Virus record (IMG/VR): IMGVR_UViG_3300042352_001190
Coordinates: 77,578-117,844 of that record
Origin: a virus
Taxonomy: Duplodnaviria; Heunggongvirae; Uroviricota; Caudoviricetes
Length of the DNA stretch: 40,267 nucleotides
Direction: 5' to 3' (one strand)
Shown: in pieces, positions 9,346 to 18,309 of the stretch
Numbering within the stretch: the first letter of the stretch is position 1
How the letters are laid out: each line of letters opens with the position of its first letter
Notes under the pieces: model-generated
Told to the model about the DNA's origin: nothing
The model's input: only the letters and a program-made list of their open reading frames with translations
Databases searched by the model: none
Translations under genes and position numbers: made by a program

Positions 9346-9761
9346 TTCCATTTGAATTACAAAGCGGAATGGACGAGCCTCAAACTGAGGGCATGGACGT
9401 ATCAACGTTTATGTTAAGTCTATTACAAATCAGGGACCAGGCACATATTTTACACTGGCAAACAACTAATGAAGCTCAGCACAATGCATTTGGAGCTTTT
9501 TATGATGATTTCTTAGGATTAGTTGATGAAATTGCTGAACAAGTTATTGGAAAATACGGCAGATTTAAAGTTGGAGGTTGTGCTATTTTGGTTATGGACT
9601 ATGATCAAGCAATGCCAATTTTTATCCAAAATATTGAAAAAGTATTTCAACAAGATTTTTGTGAAATCTTTGATCAAGAATCAAATACTGAATTGTATAA
9701 TTTAAGAGATGAATTTTTATCACTTAAAAACAAATTAGCTTACAGATTAACCCTAGACTAA
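9342..9761 (+). CDS. Ferritin/Dps-like four-helix protein
   Basis: HW-x7-H-x3-G-x2-Y-x7-D-x2-AE resembles the Dps ferroxidase pattern; ATG 9342 preferred over TTG 9318. Confidence 0.65.
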   Translation: MIPFELQSGMDEPQTEGMDVSTFMLSLLQIRDQAHILHWQTTNEAQHNAFGAFYDDFLGLVDEIAEQVIGKYGRFKVGGCAILVMDYDQAMPIFIQNIEKVFQQDFCEIFDQESNTELYNLRDEFLSLKNKLAYRLTLD

Positions 9762-11374
9762 TGCTTAAATTTAAACACATAAATATCCTTGAACAGCTTC
9801 TATTAGAATCTGAATTAATTATTATTGGAAATGAAGTTTCTGATATTATTGCATTTGCAAAAAGTGGCGGTCAGAAAGAAGAGGATATTATGAAAAAGGT
9901 TGATGAGTTTTTATCAAAACTTATTGAGAACGACCTTTTAAATAAAGCTAAAACTGATCCTCAGGTTCTTCAACAATTAAGCCAAACTTTCCTTAATAAA
10001 GAATGGATTGATATTCTAAATAAGTATATCGATTTTGTATCTCAAGTTCTAAAATACGAAACTGAAATTCTTGATGAAATGATTAAGAATGGAGATGATG
10101 TTGAATTACAATTAGAAAGAATTAGAGCATATAAAGGAAGAATGGGTATTGTATGGGAAGCCTATCATACAATCGAAGAAAGTAATTGGACCGAAGAGGT
10201 TAACAGTCTACTTGATAAAATCAAAATTTCATTTACTGGTCAAAAGAAAAATGAATCTGAAGTTTCTAAAAATCTTATTGCTGCGGCAAAGGAAAAAATG
10301 GAAAATACTTCAGCTGATTCCGAAGATTTTAAAAAGACCGTTGATGATACAATAAAGGTTGCCTATATCATCTCAGATTTTTCAAACAAAGATGAAGATA
10401 AAAAGAAGCCTGAGCCAGATGTAATCGACGTTGAATGGGAAGATGTTAAGGAAGAAATGGACAAGGACGTTGATGATTTTAGAAAATCTACTGATGACTT
10501 TAATAAAAGAACTGAAGGTAAAGCCGAAACCATTACTAAGCGTGATGTTATTATCAAAAATGCAATTGAAGAATTAAGAAACTGGACTGATTTAAATACG
10601 CTAGAATCTCAATTTGTAAAGGTTCGTATTATGATTATGACAGACGAACGAGGTGAAGTTGATCCTATTACTAAGCGTAGAATTCCATTAGTTAAATTAG
10701 ATGACTCTGCTAAGAAACAATATATGGTTGAGGCAATTGAGGCATACTTAGAAGCAAGAGCACGTCTTGGAAAATATAAAACTGATCTTGATCTAAAGAA
10801 ATATAAAGGAGTTTCATATTCACCTTCAATATCTCTTCCTCTATTTGAAAGAACTAAAATTCCTATTACATCTAAACAGATGTTAGATTCAAGTAGAATT
10901 AACTACTTATTAAAGATTGGAAATTATTTAGGAACAATTTTAGCCGATGTTGAATGGCTCGGAGACGAACAAAAACATTTAGGAGCACTTATTGCAAAAT
11001 TTAGAAAAGCCACTTTACCTATTGTTGGAAGAACTATTTCAAGAACTGCCAAAATAACTGGCGGCAAAGAAGCTCAATTAAAAGCTGAAAAATGGACTAG
11101 ATTTCTATTTACAAGTCAAGAAAGTGGATTAGACGCTCCACAAAGTAAAATTAAAGGAGCAACTAAAGTTGGGTCAGGAACAGTTAAAGAAGATGCAATG
11201 GCGCCTGGCGTAGCGTTTCAAACTCCAGCAAGTATAGGTGGAATGGGAGATGCAATTGCACCAACTCAAACAACACCTGGTTCTGGTGATAATTTCCAAC
11301 CAAGAAAATCTAAAAAGTCAAATAAGAATATTATGGACTTTGCAAGTTTTTATAAAAATTTAGGTAAAAAATAA
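9761..11374 (+). CDS. Large helical virion/head-associated protein (537 aa)
   Basis: N-terminal KHINILEQLLLE|S, late VKE|D site and C-terminal KNIMDFASF motif; in the late operon. Confidence 0.65.
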   Translation: MLKFKHINILEQLLLESELIIIGNEVSDIIAFAKSGGQKEEDIMKKVDEFLSKLIENDLLNKAKTDPQVLQQLSQTFLNKEWIDILNKYIDFVSQVLKYETEILDEMIKNGDDVELQLERIRAYKGRMGIVWEAYHTIEESNWTEEVNSLLDKIKISFTGQKKNESEVSKNLIAAAKEKMENTSADSEDFKKTVDDTIKVAYIISDFSNKDEDKKKPEPDVIDVEWEDVKEEMDKDVDDFRKSTDDFNKRTEGKAETITKRDVIIKNAIEELRNWTDLNTLESQFVKVRIMIMTDERGEVDPITKRRIPLVKLDDSAKKQYMVEAIEAYLEARARLGKYKTDLDLKKYKGVSYSPSISLPLFERTKIPITSKQMLDSSRINYLLKIGNYLGTILADVEWLGDEQKHLGALIAKFRKATLPIVGRTISRTAKITGGKEAQLKAEKWTRFLFTSQESGLDAPQSKIKGATKVGSGTVKEDAMAPGVAFQTPASIGGMGDAIAPTQTTPGSGDNFQPRKSKKSNKNIMDFASFYKNLGKK

Positions 11375-11375
11375 A

Positions 11376-11729
11376 ATGCAAAAAATTAAAACATTCGAAT
11401 CATTTTCGCAAGAAGATTTCGAACCTACTCAAATACAGCCTTTTCAAGAAAAGCCTGAAGTCGATCATACTGAAGATTCATACAGCGATGGTGCAGAATA
11501 TGAGCACTATATGTTCTTTAATAATTTAAAGACTATCCAAAGAAATATTGAAGAATTACTTCAATTGGATGCGCATGAAGTAAATGAAATATTGTCAAAT
11601 GGTCATGCATGGGCAGATGATCATATTGCAACTTCATCGGATGATATCGAAGAAGTTAAAAACTTTTTGGTTAATGAATTAAGCGGCTCTAGTGAGAACT
11701 TAATTCAAGAAGAACCAACTCAATACTAA
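11376..11729 (+). CDS. Putative internal head protein (CTS-like)
   Basis: MQKIKTFESFSQE, very close to the T4 CTS. Confidence 0.7.
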   Translation: MQKIKTFESFSQEDFEPTQIQPFQEKPEVDHTEDSYSDGAEYEHYMFFNNLKTIQRNIEELLQLDAHEVNEILSNGHAWADDHIATSSDDIEEVKNFLVNELSGSSENLIQEEPTQY

Positions 11730-11759
11730 ACCAAAAACAAAAATAAAATAATTTTAATT

Positions 11760-11978
11760 ATGACACAACATCCATCAGATTTAGCATTAGCTAGAGGACT
11801 TAAAGTAGTAACGCCAGCTGTTATCACAGCAGATGTAGAAAAGGCAGTTAAAGCAGCTGAAAAAGCAGCAAAAGACGCACAGAAAGCGGCTGAAAAAGCA
11901 GCTAAAGAAGCAATTGCAGTAGCAGAAGCTGCAGCAGAAGCAATCGTAGAGGCAACAGAAACTAAAGACGCAGAATAA
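11760..11978 (+). CDS. Small Ala/Lys/Glu-rich helical protein
   Basis: 72-aa ORF with KAAEKAAK twice and highly biased codons. Confidence 0.7.
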   Translation: MTQHPSDLALARGLKVVTPAVITADVEKAVKAAEKAAKDAQKAAEKAAKEAIAVAEAAAEAIVEATETKDAE

Positions 11979-11981
11979 TTA

Positions 11982-12509
11982 ATGTCGCCTAACCTCCAAT
12001 ACCATTTAAATGAAAATTTGTGTATCGCTGAATCGGTTTTTAGACCAGGCAGCGATGCACATATTTCTTTATTGACTGAGGCTAGGTTTCATTTTGAAAA
12101 TGGGGTTAAATTAGACCCAATTACAGAAGAATTATTCATAAAAACTGATTTAGGTTTTATTGGAGAATATCATGGAGAACCAGTTCCACTAGATTTTCCA
12201 ATTGAAGAGATTAATGAAGCTGAATACCATGGCAAAGAAGTTGATCTTAATTATCCACGAAGAGGTGGTACTAAGAAATACCATGTCTATGTTAAAAATC
12301 CAAAAACTGGTAAAGTCCTTAAAATTGCATTTGGCGATATTCATGGAGGACTTACGGCAAAGGTAAGTAATCCAAAGGCTAGAGCAAGTTTTGCAGCTAG
12401 GCACCAATGTCATCTTAAAAAAGATAAAACCAAAGCCGGTTATTGGGCATGTAGAATTAATAGATATGCTCACCTATGGGGAGGTAAAACTTATCCAGGT
12501 TATTGGTAA
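11982..12509 (+). CDS. Conserved T4-like phage protein with basic C-terminal domain (FG...SFxARHxC...YWxC)
   Basis: INE|AEYHGKEV...KIAFGD...RASFAARHQC...YWAC, a pattern I recognise from uncharacterised phage proteins. Confidence 0.7.
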   Translation: MSPNLQYHLNENLCIAESVFRPGSDAHISLLTEARFHFENGVKLDPITEELFIKTDLGFIGEYHGEPVPLDFPIEEINEAEYHGKEVDLNYPRRGGTKKYHVYVKNPKTGKVLKIAFGDIHGGLTAKVSNPKARASFAARHQCHLKKDKTKAGYWACRINRYAHLWGGKTYPGYW

Positions 12510-12517
12510 TTAATATT

Positions 12518-12802
12518 ATGAATAAAGTACTTTCATATTCAGAATTTATCACAGAAGCAAGAAAAACCAAAAACTCACCAGATTGGCATGACTCAGATGC
12601 TCCTGATGCAAATGGTAAATTTAAAAGCCTTGGAATTAAAGCCCTAGCTTCATGGTTAATTAAAACCAGAAAGGGTGATATGAGAAAAATTACAGGTAGC
12701 CTTAACCAACAAATTGTTTTTAACCGCAATGACAATCCATCCTATGCTAAAAAGATGGAAAAGGTTAGAGAAGAGGTAAAAAGACAACTTAATAAAAAGT
12801 AA
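12518..12802 (+). CDS. Basic putative internal head protein (CTS-like)
   Basis: MNKVLSYSEFITE|ARK; ATG 12518 preferred over 12503. Confidence 0.7.
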   Translation: MNKVLSYSEFITEARKTKNSPDWHDSDAPDANGKFKSLGIKALASWLIKTRKGDMRKITGSLNQQIVFNRNDNPSYAKKMEKVREEVKRQLNKK

Positions 12803-12808
12803 TATCAT

Positions 12809-13285
12809 ATGTACGTAAAGCCATTTAGCGAATATGTAAGTTTGCTTGAGAAAAAGTCAAACCCAGAAAATCCTGCACAATATAAAGCTCCAGAAGGAAG
12901 TTCTAGAGATAAAAAATTGGATAAGGCTAAACGTTTATTGGATAATGGCAAAAAAGAGGCTGCTTATAAACTTAGAGATGAGATGGAAGCAGCGGAAAGA
13001 AAAAAATCTGGTTGGAAAAATACCCCAAGACCAGATTCAAAAGTAACTGAGGCCAGCAAGAAAAAATCATCTAATCTTAGCAAAGAGACCCTAGCTAAAA
13101 TTAAGGCAGTTGCTGATAAAAAAGGTTATTCATTTGCCGATTTAAAACGTGAATACACCAAAGGTCTAGGTGCATTTTACTCGTCTGGTTCCAGACCAGG
13201 AATGACTGCTCATCAATGGGCAATGGCTAGAGTAAATGCGGCAAGTCCAAGTAAATCTTGGGCCGATGTCAAAAAGACTAAGTAA
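12809..13285 (+). CDS. Basic putative internal head protein (CTS-like), two small domains
   Basis: MYVKPFSEYVSLLE|KK, internal VTE|A site, C-terminal GLGAFYSSGSRPGMTAHQWAMARVN. Confidence 0.7.
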   Translation: MYVKPFSEYVSLLEKKSNPENPAQYKAPEGSSRDKKLDKAKRLLDNGKKEAAYKLRDEMEAAERKKSGWKNTPRPDSKVTEASKKKSSNLSKETLAKIKAVADKKGYSFADLKREYTKGLGAFYSSGSRPGMTAHQWAMARVNAASPSKSWADVKKTK

Positions 13286-13286
13286 C

Positions 13287-13553
13287 ATGCATCCATACAA
13301 AGATATATCATCTGGCGATAACTGGGTAATACGAGAATTCACCCAAGCGGTCGACCCAATTGAACTATTATGGCATAGAGATGATGAAGACCGTGACCTT
13401 GAATTAATTGAGGGAAGTGGTTGGAAGATCCAATTAGACAATAGCCTACCTATAGAGTTAACACAAACCCAAAGAATAAATATTAAAAAGCACGATTGGC
13501 ATCGATTAATTAAAGGCGATGGTAATCTGGTTGTAAAAATCTATAAATCATAA
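13287..13553 (+). CDS. Small cupin-like phage protein
   Basis: WHRD...G.GW..Q.DN.LP...WHRLIKG double-His cupin-type pattern; ATG 13287 preferred over 13236. Confidence 0.65.
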   Translation: MHPYKDISSGDNWVIREFTQAVDPIELLWHRDDEDRDLELIEGSGWKIQLDNSLPIELTQTQRINIKKHDWHRLIKGDGNLVVKIYKS

Positions 13554-13554
13554 A

Positions 13555-14274
13555 ATGGCATTCGAAATCGGGGATAAAGTTAAGCTTAGATTATCTAAAG
13601 ATACAATGGATCGTCTTAACCTAGTTGGCGCTCCAATTGATAATAAAATTGTTACTATTGGCAAAGTTTATAAAATGGATTATGCTCCAGATCAAACTCT
13701 TTATATGGTCGATTTAGACGAGCCAATTAGATTTGAAGAAACTACCTTTGATGAAATCTACGATCTCCGCGATGCAGATCTAGACCTAATTGATGCGAAT
13801 GAGACTCTTCCAGAAAATAAAGTATTAAGATTTTCTTCCTTTTTAAATGAAGCAAAGGAGCCAGCCAGCTGGTACTTTGGAATTGCCGATTGTCACGGTA
13901 TAGAATCTTTTAATAAAGAAAATATCGATCATACATATTTAAATCAATTAGACAGAATTCACGATTTAGGGTTAGCTGACGAAACAGCTCCGACCAGAAA
14001 AAGTGTAATGAAAGAATATAATGGTCAATTGAATATGATGATGATGCGTTGCAGATTCAATGAACAACGTCACCCAGTAGTTTATAGAGTTTTATTAACA
14101 GATGATGTTGCTGACTATATTCAATCATTAGTTGATCAACGCGATTATATTGGCGCACTAAATGCAATCAAAGATCACTCAACAGAGATTCAATTAGCAC
14201 GAGGTCAAGGCGCAAACCTAGAAAGACGCTGGAATATGATTCCTAATCCAGATCTTGATCCATTCCACGGATAA
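13555..14274 (+). CDS. Two-domain protein: N-terminal SH3/KOW-like barrel plus a domain after an internal CTS-like site
   Basis: FEIGDKVKL start; internal NKVLRFSSFLNE|AKE. Confidence 0.6.
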   Translation: MAFEIGDKVKLRLSKDTMDRLNLVGAPIDNKIVTIGKVYKMDYAPDQTLYMVDLDEPIRFEETTFDEIYDLRDADLDLIDANETLPENKVLRFSSFLNEAKEPASWYFGIADCHGIESFNKENIDHTYLNQLDRIHDLGLADETAPTRKSVMKEYNGQLNMMMMRCRFNEQRHPVVYRVLLTDDVADYIQSLVDQRDYIGALNAIKDHSTEIQLARGQGANLERRWNMIPNPDLDPFHG

Positions 14275-14312
14275 TCCATTACTTAGTATTACGAACTCTC
14301 CAACTATCACAA

Positions 14313-14319
14313 ATAGATA
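14313..14319 (+). promoter_or_regulatory. Putative late promoter variant (ATAGATA) for the baseplate module
   Basis: One mismatch to ATAAATA, 18 nt before ATG 14338, inside an inverted repeat. Confidence 0.4.
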
Positions 14320-14337
14320 ATAAAAAAGAGAGTTACA

Positions 14338-16203
14338 ATGGCAGGTAATGAAATTCCAGTAATAAACACTAAAACCGGTGCTCCGCAATCTTCTGGCGCA
14401 TCAACATCTCTTCTTAATGCGTTCTATGTATTTAAGTACAGTGGTGGTGTTCAACAAATTACAGCGGAAAACTATACTACTAATGCTATAACTAGACACG
14501 GCGCAGCCCCTAAAGTTATAAGTAATCCAACTGCTAATGCAATCGTAGAATGGTCAAAGACACTACCCGAAACAACAGAAAACTTATATGGACTAAAGGA
14601 CTCTCCTTATACATGGTCTGATTTTTTATTTTGTAAATGGTATGGAATTATTCCAAATAATCGATTACTAACACTAAGAAAATTTCCTCTTGCAGTAAAT
14701 GATGCAGCAAGCGTTAAGCGAGCAGACAATCCACAAAACGTTCCAATTGCACAAGCTGTAACCTGGTTCGGCGGTCCTAGCGGAAATGATTTAAACTCTA
14801 TTTGGCAAAATACCTGGGAATTGGCCTGGAAAAAAGATACAGTTGATGCAAAAAACGTACAAGGAAATGAAATTGTAAACTTTACACAACAACTAGCAAA
14901 TGCACTTCCTGAAGGTACTGATAAATTTGTTAAGCAAGCTGTTTCAACACTTAGCGCAGTTGTTGATGCAAAGTCAACTGCCGGTGGAAAAACAAAAGAT
15001 GAATTAAGAAAAGATTGGATATTAAGTGTAGGTAAGGGAGAAATTGAAAAAATGAAACAGGATTTTCAGAAAAGTCTATTTACTGATACTGGTGCATTTT
15101 GGAATCAAATTAATGGGCCAGTAAATGTTAAAAATACATTTTTAATTAGAGATAGAGGATTAAGTTCAAGAGCAGTTGATGACAATTGGAAACTTGTATT
15201 TGAATATAGAACAGATTCATATTTTGGAATGAGTCAACGTAGAATTGCATTAGATATTATTGCAAATATGCTAGAATTGACATACTCTTCTGGTGAATGG
15301 CTACAATCATTAAACATTTATTATAAAAATATTGGTCTTGAGCTTGGAGCAGATGACCAAGCACTAATTGAAGGCTGTTTCGTAGATGGTACTCTTAATG
15401 CAGAAGAACTTGCAAAGAATTTTATTAAAATCGCAGAGACAAAGGTTGATGGTATTATCCAAGAAGCTATTAAATTATCAGCTGCAGCAGGAAAGGCTCT
15501 TGCAAATGGAGTATTCCAAGGCGGAGCAGCTATTTTAGCAGGTTCAGGTAAGGTTGATTGGAACTTATACAATGGAATGTCCGATGCACAAAAAGGAACG
15601 CTTAAGGATGCTATTCAAATTGAATTAATAAAGGCCTTAGCTGGAGCATTTCCGAAGTTTGTTCAACAAAGAGCAAATGTTGCAGATATTGAAACTGGAA
15701 ACTGGCACCTTACCGTAGGTAATCCAATGAATCCTATTATGAGAATTGGTAGCTTAATTGTAAGAAGCTGCGTAATGGAATTTGGAGAAGAACTTGGACC
15801 AGATGATTTTCCAATTGAAATGAAGTTTACTGTAACACTTTCACCAACTAGACCAAGAGATTCAAGAGATATTAGACAAACATTTAATACTGGTAGAATA
15901 GACTATGTTGAAAGTTATATTGGACATACGTATGATCAATCAAATACTTATGGAGTTATTAATTCAAGACATAGCGCAATAAGCTCAGGTAATGGCGGTC
16001 AAGCTAATATAAAAAATCAACAGGCCTCCACTAACCCAGCACACGATAGCATTAGAAACTGGATAAACACTAGATATGGTACAAATACGGTTAAGGAGAA
16101 TGATAAATTTTTTAATGATGTATATTTCTATGTACCTAAGGATAGCGAAACCTATGGTCCAGCTTTTGGTGGAAATGCAAAAACCACTCCAACAAATCCC
16201 TAA
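14338..16203 (+). CDS. Probable baseplate/tail-tube-initiation protein (621 aa)
   Basis: First gene of a run ending in a gp5-like gene; beta-rich C-terminal segment; exact T4 homolog not identifiable by eye. Confidence 0.5.
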   Translation: MAGNEIPVINTKTGAPQSSGASTSLLNAFYVFKYSGGVQQITAENYTTNAITRHGAAPKVISNPTANAIVEWSKTLPETTENLYGLKDSPYTWSDFLFCKWYGIIPNNRLLTLRKFPLAVNDAASVKRADNPQNVPIAQAVTWFGGPSGNDLNSIWQNTWELAWKKDTVDAKNVQGNEIVNFTQQLANALPEGTDKFVKQAVSTLSAVVDAKSTAGGKTKDELRKDWILSVGKGEIEKMKQDFQKSLFTDTGAFWNQINGPVNVKNTFLIRDRGLSSRAVDDNWKLVFEYRTDSYFGMSQRRIALDIIANMLELTYSSGEWLQSLNIYYKNIGLELGADDQALIEGCFVDGTLNAEELAKNFIKIAETKVDGIIQEAIKLSAAAGKALANGVFQGGAAILAGSGKVDWNLYNGMSDAQKGTLKDAIQIELIKALAGAFPKFVQQRANVADIETGNWHLTVGNPMNPIMRIGSLIVRSCVMEFGEELGPDDFPIEMKFTVTLSPTRPRDSRDIRQTFNTGRIDYVESYIGHTYDQSNTYGVINSRHSAISSGNGGQANIKNQQASTNPAHDSIRNWINTRYGTNTVKENDKFFNDVYFYVPKDSETYGPAFGGNAKTTPTNP

Positions 16204-16209
16204 CTGATA

Positions 16210-16779
16210 ATGATAAATCTAAAAAGTTTAATAACTAAACCGTTTTTTGAAGAAAGTTTTACTAGAAAGGTCTTAAGCAAACAGACTGTAAATTTTTCTG
16301 ATTCACCATCAACCAATGATTTTTCATGGCATACTGTTGATATTAGTGAAGAAATGCGACCAGATATTATAAGTGCTCAATATTATGGGACTGGAAACTA
16401 TGTTGATATTCTATGTAAATATAATAATATATCAAATCCATTTAGTTTAGAAAGAGGACAGGTTCTTAAAATTCCAAAATATCCAGATTCGTATTATGTT
16501 ACAACTGATGACATTATTGATAAGGGCTCAATTAAAGCATCACCTAATCTAATTCCAGTTAGCAACAGAGATACTTCTAGACTTAATTATTTAAAATCGT
16601 TAGGAACATCTTTAACTCAGCCAAACTTAAATTTACCTAATGATAAAAATATTAAGGTTGCAAATGGAAAAATACTATTTGGTGCAGATGTTACTAAAGT
16701 TAGTAAGGCAGATTGCCCTACCCCAATATCAAGGTCTAATGTATTAAAAAATCTAATTGAATCAAAAATATTTAAATAA
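16210..16779 (+). CDS. Baseplate wedge protein, gp53/LysM-like
   Basis: RPDIISAQYYG...DILCKYNNISNPFSLERGQVLKIP fits the gp53/LysM-type pattern. Confidence 0.7.
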   Translation: MINLKSLITKPFFEESFTRKVLSKQTVNFSDSPSTNDFSWHTVDISEEMRPDIISAQYYGTGNYVDILCKYNNISNPFSLERGQVLKIPKYPDSYYVTTDDIIDKGSIKASPNLIPVSNRDTSRLNYLKSLGTSLTQPNLNLPNDKNIKVANGKILFGADVTKVSKADCPTPISRSNVLKNLIESKIFK

Positions 16780-18305
16780 TGGCAACTGATCCAAATTCAA
16801 TATTGGCAATTACTCAACCTAGGTTAGAAATTAAGACGATTTCCCATACAGATATTGATAATCTTAATGCTGGAATGAATCCAAATCGGCCTAACAATGC
16901 TGGTCTTGCAACCACACTAGGTTACATTGCGCCGTATATTGAAATCGACAATTATATTATTCAACAGGCTAATATACATTCAATTTCTATACATCAAAAT
17001 GGGTTTTTGCCAGAAATAACTGTAAACTTTTTAGATTCAACTGGAGCATTTTCTGGAAGATATTTTCCAAAAACCAATCCCATTATGAAAGTTTATATTA
17101 AGTCTCTTTCACCAACAGTTAAGCCAGTTAGATCAGACTATTTAATTACAAATATATCAAGTTCAGAAATAGGAAATAGCTATACAAGCGAGGAATACAC
17201 TCAAACTATGTATACGGTTTCTGGCACACTCTATATTCCAGGAATATATGGAAATAATATCCAAAGTATTCCAAATAAAAAATCATGGGAAGCTCTTAAA
17301 TATATTGCAGATTCTCTTAAATTAGGATTTGCAACCAATGAAACCGCAACTGATGATTTAATGACTTGGATTAATCCAAATGATAGTGTTGAGCAATTTA
17401 TTAAAAATATATGTAGTCGTGCATATAAAAATGATAAAAGTTTTTTTGATTGCTTTATTGATATTAACTACATTTTAAATTTTGTTAATTATGAAAAGTC
17501 ACTAAGCAAAGAAACTAAGAATATGGAAGCACCGACTGATTCAAATGTTTATCAATTGAGTGATATTGGTAGTACTGATCCGCTTGTAACTAAAGACAAT
17601 GCGCCAAATTCTTATGCTATGCAGCCAGTTATATTAAAATCATCTATGCAAAATTCTGGAACTGGATTTAATATTGTATATTATTCAATGCACTCAGAAC
17701 ACGGTGAAATTTTGGCAAATCAACTTTTTAGAAAAAGTATCATTTGGCACGATCGAAAATATTATCTAGAAAATAAAAAGGAGCTTGAATTTTATCTTGA
17801 GCCGCTTAGCGAAAAAACAATCGATAGTAAAGACACAGTTTATCAAAAACCTAAGCCTACTAATTTTGAATTGGAAAAATCTAGTAGATGGGTAGGAATA
17901 GACTATAATAATGGACACACTAATTATAAATTTTCTAGACTATTAAATTATCATAATTTAACTGAACTTAGTAAAAATTACTTAACCGTTAAACTTCCAG
18001 GAGTAGTTCAATCAATATACAGAGGTGGAAAGCTTACAGTTATTATTAGTAGATTGGCCGATGCTAACATAACTGGTATTACTGCTGATTCAAAGTTTGG
18101 TACAAACTCCAGTAACTTAACAGATAACCAAGAAGAGATTGATCTATATGCATCTGGCCCATATGTTGTAAAAGATATTATGTATGGCTTTGATTCATCG
18201 CCAATTGTTAGCGAACTTAGATATTATACTGAATTAGTATTAGTTCGTAGAGAGTGGGTTGAATTGGGAGATGGTAATAAATTACAATCTGAAATAACTA
18301 AATAA
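16779..18305 (+). CDS. Probable baseplate hub protein (gp27-like)
   Basis: 508 aa, between gp53-like and gp5-like genes; hub-like pattern including C-terminal SGPYVVKDIMY...YYTELVLVRREW. Confidence 0.55.
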   Translation: MATDPNSILAITQPRLEIKTISHTDIDNLNAGMNPNRPNNAGLATTLGYIAPYIEIDNYIIQQANIHSISIHQNGFLPEITVNFLDSTGAFSGRYFPKTNPIMKVYIKSLSPTVKPVRSDYLITNISSSEIGNSYTSEEYTQTMYTVSGTLYIPGIYGNNIQSIPNKKSWEALKYIADSLKLGFATNETATDDLMTWINPNDSVEQFIKNICSRAYKNDKSFFDCFIDINYILNFVNYEKSLSKETKNMEAPTDSNVYQLSDIGSTDPLVTKDNAPNSYAMQPVILKSSMQNSGTGFNIVYYSMHSEHGEILANQLFRKSIIWHDRKYYLENKKELEFYLEPLSEKTIDSKDTVYQKPKPTNFELEKSSRWVGIDYNNGHTNYKFSRLLNYHNLTELSKNYLTVKLPGVVQSIYRGGKLTVIISRLADANITGITADSKFGTNSSNLTDNQEEIDLYASGPYVVKDIMYGFDSSPIVSELRYYTELVLVRREWVELGDGNKLQSEITK

Positions 18306-18309
18306 TATA

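Noticed and set aside
9761-11374. Tape measure protein
   Set aside because: Too short for a large myovirus tail, not next to the tube gene, and carries head-type processing motifs
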